From Candidatus Buchananbacteria bacterium CG10_big_fil_rev_8_21_14_0_10_33_19 (lineage in GTDB: Bacteria; Patescibacteriota; Patescibacteriia; 2-01-FULL-39-33), in the NCBI GenBank assembly GCA_002773855.1, contig PEZY01000012.1:233565-297564 (forward strand): 64,000 nt of DNA. The letters are read 5' to 3'. The notes under the pieces were generated by a model. That model saw nothing but the letters and a program-made list of their open reading frames with translations. It had not been told where the DNA came from and searched no databases. The position numbers were made by a program, and so were the translations under genes. Position 1 is the first letter of the stretch; every line of letters begins with the position of its first letter. Below are positions 59,071 through 64,000 of this stretch, piece after piece.

Positions 59071-59955
59071 ATGTCCAAAGTCCTAGTTATTTTTAATCCC
59101 ACTGCTGGATTGAAAAGTAAAATAGATGTGGAAACAATTATTCGAGATAAATTACAAGACCTGAATTATCAGGTATCTTTATTTTATCTTAATAATCGAT
59201 TTGAGGATGTGATAGGTGAGTTTGATTTTACTGGTTTAGATTTAGTTTTGGCAGTGGGTGGTGATGGTACGGTGAAGGTGGCTACTAGAACAATTATTGA
59301 AAATAATTTACAAGTGCCGCTGGCTATTGTCCCTTATGGCTCGGCTAATGTAATAGCGACAGCGGCTGGCATTCCACTTAATATAAAAAATGCCCTTAAG
59401 TTATTAGATGATACTAATAAAATTTTAAAAATAGATGTTGGCTTGATCAATAAGAAACATTATTTTTTAGTAGGTCTTTCTATTGGTTATATATCTAAGA
59501 TAGTAACAGGTGCTAGTCATCATTTAAAAAATAAATTTGGATTTTTTGGTTATTTATTAGTTTTTGTTTTTAATAAGATAAAGATAAAAAAATTAAAATT
59601 TGAAATTAAAACTAAAAATAAGAGTTTTTGGGTTCGAGGTAATAGTTTGGTAATTTTTAATGCTCTTAATTACTATGGTTTGAAAGTTAAAAAGCAGATT
59701 AGTTTTTCTGATGGCATATTTAATTTATATGTCTTTACTAGTCAGACATTTATATCTTTGGTAGAGGGGTTGTTTTTGATGCTTTTTTTTAATAAACCTC
59801 CTAGATATGTCTTGTCTTTGGATAATAATTATTTTAAGATAATTTTAAAAAAACCCACTAGCTCTTGCCAAATTGATGGGGATTATGTAAAATTGCCTAG
59901 AATAATTGAGGTAGTTTTGTTGCCTCAATCGCTTGATATAATAATTGGTAAATAG
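59071..59955 (+). CDS. Soluble diacylglycerol kinase family (DgkB/YegS-like) lipid kinase
   Basis: IFNPTAG, GGDGTV, GSANVIA and QIDGD motifs. Confidence 0.88.
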   Translation: MSKVLVIFNPTAGLKSKIDVETIIRDKLQDLNYQVSLFYLNNRFEDVIGEFDFTGLDLVLAVGGDGTVKVATRTIIENNLQVPLAIVPYGSANVIATAAGIPLNIKNALKLLDDTNKILKIDVGLINKKHYFLVGLSIGYISKIVTGASHHLKNKFGFFGYLLVFVFNKIKIKKLKFEIKTKNKSFWVRGNSLVIFNALNYYGLKVKKQISFSDGIFNLYVFTSQTFISLVEGLFLMLFFNKPPRYVLSLDNNYFKIILKKPTSSCQIDGDYVKLPRIIEVVLLPQSLDIIIGK

Positions 59956-59959
59956 TTTA

Positions 59960-61030
59960 ATGCTTAAAAAGAAGAAAAAAAGGGTAGTAATTGGTATGTC
60001 TGGTGGCGTTGATTCAGCAGTGGCCGCTGCTTTGTTGTTAAAACAAGGTTACGATGTCACTGGCGTTTTTATGCAATTTTGGTTCCCCCAAGGGGTGACT
60101 TATGGTGAAAATCGCTGTTGCAGTTTGGAATCTTTTAATCAAGCTAAAGAAGTGGCTGATAACTTAGGTATTAAAATTCACAAATTAAATGTTGGCAAAG
60201 AGTTTAAGGCTAAGATTGTTGATGAATTTATCAGTGATTATGCGGCACTTAAGACTCCTAATCCCTGCGTCTCTTGTAATAAATTTATAAAATTTGATTT
60301 GTTTTTGAAAAAATCTTTAACTTTATTTGATGCTGATTATATTGCCACTGGCCATTATGCTCAGGTTAAAAAAGTTGGTAGAAAGTTTAAACTCTTAAGA
60401 GGCAAAGATGAAAATAAAGATCAGAGCTATTTTCTTTATAATTTAGATCAAAATGCTCTAAAGCATGTGCTTTTCCCTTTAGGTAAATATAACAAGCCAC
60501 AAATTAGAAAAATTGCTAAAAAAATGAATATGGCTATTCATGCTAAAAAAGATAGTCAAGAAATTTGTTTTGTTGGTAAAAGTCACTCTAGTTTTTTGAG
60601 TCGCTATTTAAATTTAAAGCCCGGTAAAATTGTTGATGAAAATGGTAAAGAAATAGGTAAACATAATGGTTTGCAATTATATACAGTTGGTCAAAGAAAG
60701 GGGATTGGCTTAGCTGGTGGACCGTGGTTTGTTACCGGTATTGATAAGACTAGAAATTTATTAATCGTGACCAATGATCCAGAAAAATCTAAAATATTTT
60801 CACCAGCGTTGCAATGTCATAAGTTAAATTGGGTGGCTGGTGAACCGAAGTTTCCTTTTAAATGCCAGGCTCAAATTCGTTACCGGTCTAAACCAGAAAA
60901 ATGTAAAGTGACTAAAGTTAAAGACGAGATATTTGTCGAGTTTATTAAACCACAAAGAGCGGTCGCAGCTGGCCAGTCCATTGTTTTTTATAAGAAGCAA
61001 GAGGTAATTGGCGGTGGTGTCATAAAATAA
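59960..61030 (+). CDS. mnmA: tRNA-specific 2-thiouridylase MnmA
   Basis: MSGGVDS, TPNPC, ATGHYA, KDQSYFL and DSQEICF motifs; start moved to ATG 59960. Confidence 0.96.
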   Translation: MLKKKKKRVVIGMSGGVDSAVAAALLLKQGYDVTGVFMQFWFPQGVTYGENRCCSLESFNQAKEVADNLGIKIHKLNVGKEFKAKIVDEFISDYAALKTPNPCVSCNKFIKFDLFLKKSLTLFDADYIATGHYAQVKKVGRKFKLLRGKDENKDQSYFLYNLDQNALKHVLFPLGKYNKPQIRKIAKKMNMAIHAKKDSQEICFVGKSHSSFLSRYLNLKPGKIVDENGKEIGKHNGLQLYTVGQRKGIGLAGGPWFVTGIDKTRNLLIVTNDPEKSKIFSPALQCHKLNWVAGEPKFPFKCQAQIRYRSKPEKCKVTKVKDEIFVEFIKPQRAVAAGQSIVFYKKQEVIGGGVIK

Positions 61031-61035
61031 ATTAA

Positions 61036-61102
61036 TTGACAAAATCATAACTATTTTGTATAGTATAAAAGTTTATTGTACTTTAACAAAAAGGAGATAA
61101 CA
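61036..61102 (+). promoter_or_regulatory. Cassette leader: promoter + boxA-like motif + SD
   Basis: TTGACA-N17-TATAGT; TGTACTTTAACAA 61077-61089 (11/13 match to rrn boxA TGCTCTTTAACAA); AAGGAG. Confidence 0.72.
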
Positions 61103-61498
61103 GTGAACACAGAAGACACTAGTCAATTAATAGAATGCCCAGTTTGTTTTTCCAAGACAACTATTTCAGCTGATAATTATGGTGATCAATTGGCATTAGC
61201 CAGTCTTAATTGTTTAGATTGTGGTTTTTCATCTTTGGTCAGTAATTTAGAAGATGAGGAGGTTAGCGATAAATTGATTAAATATTATTTAAGATTGTTA
61301 TTAGACAAAATTATTCAAGGTGAAAAAGCTCGACAAATTATTAATAACAATCCGCTTTTCCCTTATAGTCGATCTGATCAATTAGTAGCTTTGATGGAAA
61401 ATGAGGTTATGCCAGCTATAAATAATCCTCACAATAAATCCATTAAACCTTTGAGTGTCGAGGATGTGGCAACCGTTAAAAGAATTTTAAACCTGTAA
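61103..61498 (+). CDS. Zn-ribbon hypothetical protein (orphan cassette)
   Basis: CPVC...CLDC; start moved to the SD-led GTG 61103. Confidence 0.72.
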   Translation: MNTEDTSQLIECPVCFSKTTISADNYGDQLALASLNCLDCGFSSLVSNLEDEEVSDKLIKYYLRLLLDKIIQGEKARQIINNNPLFPYSRSDQLVALMENEVMPAINNPHNKSIKPLSVEDVATVKRILNL

Positions 61499-61520
61499 TT
61501 TTACAACGGAGGAAATAAAA

Positions 61521-62225
61521 TTGAAAGCTTTAATCTCGCTTATTTTATATTTGCTTTGTGTCGTGACTTTTGTGATTTGTGCTGCAATTTATATTCCTTT
61601 AATTATTTTTTGGGGGCCAGCTAAGGCAGTGTGGTTTCGCCGTTTTTATGGGTGGATTATAATTAAAATGACTTTTAGTCGTTTGATTATTAATAATCAG
61701 CCTTTGGCTAATTCTGGTCCATTTTTATTTGTTCCCAATCATGAATCGTTATTCGATATTTTTATGATCGCAGCGGCTATTCCACAGCACTTTTCGGCCA
61801 TTGCTAAAAAAGAACTTTTTTCGGTGCCGTTATTTGGTTTTATTATTAAAAAAATGGATATCGTTTCTATTGATCGTAAAAATCATGTCAATTCTATGTC
61901 TGGCCTAAATCAGGCGGTTGAAAAGTTGAAAAATGGCACTTCGGTGATTATCTTTCCAGAAGGCACTAGAAGTCGTGATGGTCAGATTGGCGTTTTTAAA
62001 AAAGGCGCCTTTAAACTGGCATTGGATGCTAAGGTTACTATTGTGCCGGTTGGCATAAGTGGCGCTTATGAGGCTCAGCCAGCCAATACTTGGTTAATCT
62101 ATCCTGGCTCTGTTATTGTTAATTTTGGTAGCCCCATTGGTTATCAGGATTATCATCATTTAAGCATTAGTGAGTTATCCGATTTAATTAAACAACAAAT
62201 TATTAAATTATCAAGCAATCCCTAG
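61521..62225 (+). CDS. plsC: 1-acyl-sn-glycerol-3-phosphate acyltransferase
   Basis: NHxxxxD (NHESLFD), IDR, FPEGTRS and FKKGAF motifs; TTG start with GGAGG SD. Confidence 0.9.
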   Translation: MKALISLILYLLCVVTFVICAAIYIPLIIFWGPAKAVWFRRFYGWIIIKMTFSRLIINNQPLANSGPFLFVPNHESLFDIFMIAAAIPQHFSAIAKKELFSVPLFGFIIKKMDIVSIDRKNHVNSMSGLNQAVEKLKNGTSVIIFPEGTRSRDGQIGVFKKGAFKLALDAKVTIVPVGISGAYEAQPANTWLIYPGSVIVNFGSPIGYQDYHHLSISELSDLIKQQIIKLSSNP

Positions 62226-62238
62226 GGATTGCTTTTTT
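62213..62238 (+). terminator. Terminator after plsC
   Basis: AAGCAATCCC-TA-GGGATTGCTT plus T-run. Confidence 0.72.
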
Positions 62239-62294
62239 CTTGAAAAAAAAGCTTTTTTACAGTAAAATTAAACCAGTTAAAAAATATCTTTATT

Positions 62295-64000
62295 ATGACT
62301 ACTAAAGAATTAAAAGAAAAATATCTTAGTTTTTTCCAAAAACATGATCATCAATTAATTATTGGTTCATCTCTAAAACCAGAGAATGACCCAACTGTTT
62401 TGTTTACTACTGCTGGTATGCACCCGCTAGTACCATATCTTTTAGGTGAAAAGCACCCTAGTGGTCAGCGTTTAACTGATATTCAAAAATGCATTAGAAC
62501 CGGTGATATTGATGAAGTGGGTGACGATTGGCATTTAACTTTTTTTGAGATGTTAGGCAATTGGTCACTAGGTGATTATTTCAAAAAAGAGGCTATTACG
62601 ATGAGTTTTCAATTTTTGACCCAAGAGCTTAATATTCCAGTTACTAAATTAGCTTTTACTTGTTTTGAAGGTGATGAAGAACACAATATTCCTAAAGATG
62701 AAGAGTCAGCCGAAATTTGGCAATCTTTGGGAGTTTCGTCATTAAGAATTAGTTTTTTAGGCAAAGAAGATAATTGGTGGGGGCCAGCTGGCCAAACCGG
62801 TCCTTGTGGTCCAGACACGGAAATGTTTTATTGGGTTGGGAGTGAGCCAGTACCAGAGAAATTTGATCCTAGTAATAAAAACTGGGTAGAAATTTGGAAT
62901 GATGTTTTTATGCAATACAATAAAACAGCTGATGGTAAATATCAGGAACTAGATAAAAAAAATGTGGATACTGGTATGGGTCTGGAGAGAACAGTGGCTG
63001 TTTTGAGTGGAATGAGTAGTGTTTATGAGATTGAACCACTGTCCACTATAGTTTTACAAGTTACTTCTTTGGTGTCAGATTTAGAATTGGCGCCAGAATT
63101 TTCTAGTAGCATTGATTTGACTGACCAAGCTGGTGTTGATGTAGAAAAATCTATTAGAATAATTGCCGATCACTTGCGAGCCGCGACTTTCATTTTAGCT
63201 GAAAATATAGAGCCATCAAATGTGGAGCAGGGTTATGTTTTGCGACGCTTAATTAGACGAGCTATTCGTCATGGTAAGAAGATAGGTATTGAGGATAACT
63301 TCACAAGTAAAGTAGTGGAAGTGGTAATTGATAAAATGGGTGGTTTTTACAAAGAACTCAGGACTCATCGAGATTTTATTACTGAACAAATAGCCAAAGA
63401 AGAAGAGAAGTTTAATAATACTTTAGAAAAAGGTTTAAAAGAATTTGCTAAATTAGGCAAAGATAAAAAAATAAGTGGACAAGAAATATTTAAATTATTT
63501 ACTACCTATGGCTTTCCTTATGAGATGACTGTTGAATTAGCTTTAGAAAATGGTTTAGAGGTTGATATGGAGGCTTATGAAAAAGAGTTTATAAAGCATC
63601 AGGAGCTATCTAGAACCGCCAGTGCTGGTAAGTTTAAAGGGGGATTGGCTGATCAGTCTGTCGAGACCACTAGATTGCACACCGCTGCTCATTTAATGTT
63701 GGCAGCGTTGCGACAGGTTTTGGGAGATCATGTAAATCAAAAAGGATCTAATATTACCGCCGATAGATTGCGTTATGATTTTTCTCATCCAGAAAAATTA
63801 ACCGATGATCAAAAACAACAAGTCGAGGATTTAGTTAATGAACAAATTGGCAAAAAAGCACCAGTAACAATTAAAGAAATGACTGTAGAAGAGGCTAAAG
63901 AGAGTGGGGCTATTGGTGTTTTTGGGGATAAGTATGGGGAAAAAGTAAAGGTTTACACTATGGGTGATTTTTCTAAAGAAATTTGTGGTGGTCCTCATGT
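62295..64000 (+). CDS. alaS: Alanine--tRNA ligase, compact form (partial, runs off window end)
   Basis: LFTTAGMHPL, HLTFFEMLGNWSLGDYFK, DTGMGLER, HTAAH and EICGGPH motifs; absent from the ORF track because the stop lies outside the window. Confidence 0.96.
   Translation, partial: MTTKELKEKYLSFFQKHDHQLIIGSSLKPENDPTVLFTTAGMHPLVPYLLGEKHPSGQRLTDIQKCIRTGDIDEVGDDWHLTFFEMLGNWSLGDYFKKEAITMSFQFLTQELNIPVTKLAFTCFEGDEEHNIPKDEESAEIWQSLGVSSLRISFLGKEDNWWGPAGQTGPCGPDTEMFYWVGSEPVPEKFDPSNKNWVEIWNDVFMQYNKTADGKYQELDKKNVDTGMGLERTVAVLSGMSSVYEIEPLSTIVLQVTSLVSDLELAPEFSSSIDLTDQAGVDVEKSIRIIADHLRAATFILAENIEPSNVEQGYVLRRLIRRAIRHGKKIGIEDNFTSKVVEVVIDKMGGFYKELRTHRDFITEQIAKEEEKFNNTLEKGLKEFAKLGKDKKISGQEIFKLFTTYGFPYEMTVELALENGLEVDMEAYEKEFIKHQELSRTASAGKFKGGLADQSVETTRLHTAAHLMLAALRQVLGDHVNQKGSNITADRLRYDFSHPEKLTDDQKQQVEDLVNEQIGKKAPVTIKEMTVEEAKESGAIGVFGDKYGEKVKVYTMGDFSKEICGGPH

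Overview
An AT-rich chromosomal segment, translated with code 11 (TGA used as stop). The gene content fits a Patescibacteria/CPR genome of the Parcubacteria type (inference from content: compact ProRS and AlaRS, DUF4012, DUF2090, sigma-4-like HTH protein, VirD4-like ATPase with a CxxC-x17-CxxC tail). The backbone is housekeeping: glycosyltransferases, two mreB, mreCD-mrdA, rodA, holB, frr, rseP, proS, greA, gyrB, CIRCE-hrcA-grpE-dnaK...dnaJ, tRNA-Glu, rlmH, a MacAB-like ABC exporter, rplY, prmC, prfA, rpmE, rpsB-tsf, gap, secDF, mnmA and partial alaS. The main unexplained pattern is about 13 mostly unannotatable genes inserted singly between or within housekeeping operons. Nearly all have the same architecture: sigma70 promoter, a strand-oriented 12-nt motif HGYWCHTTDNAA resembling NusB/S10 boxA (12 copies read by eye), a strong Shine-Dalgarno, and an intrinsic terminator. 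The housekeeping leaders I read lack the motif and almost all lack an SD. Other notable items: a duplicated tRNA-Glu 5' part with a 98-nt structured D-loop insertion; a family of GTAC-hairpin/long-stem repeats bracketing one gene; a MITE-like element in the rpsB leader; a circularly permuted parvulin domain in SecD; a CarS-like/DAG kinase/PlsC lipid-salvage set; and three small ORFs missed by the ORF track. No CRISPR array, rRNA, integrase or transposase was seen. All family calls come from motif recognition by eye, not from database searches.
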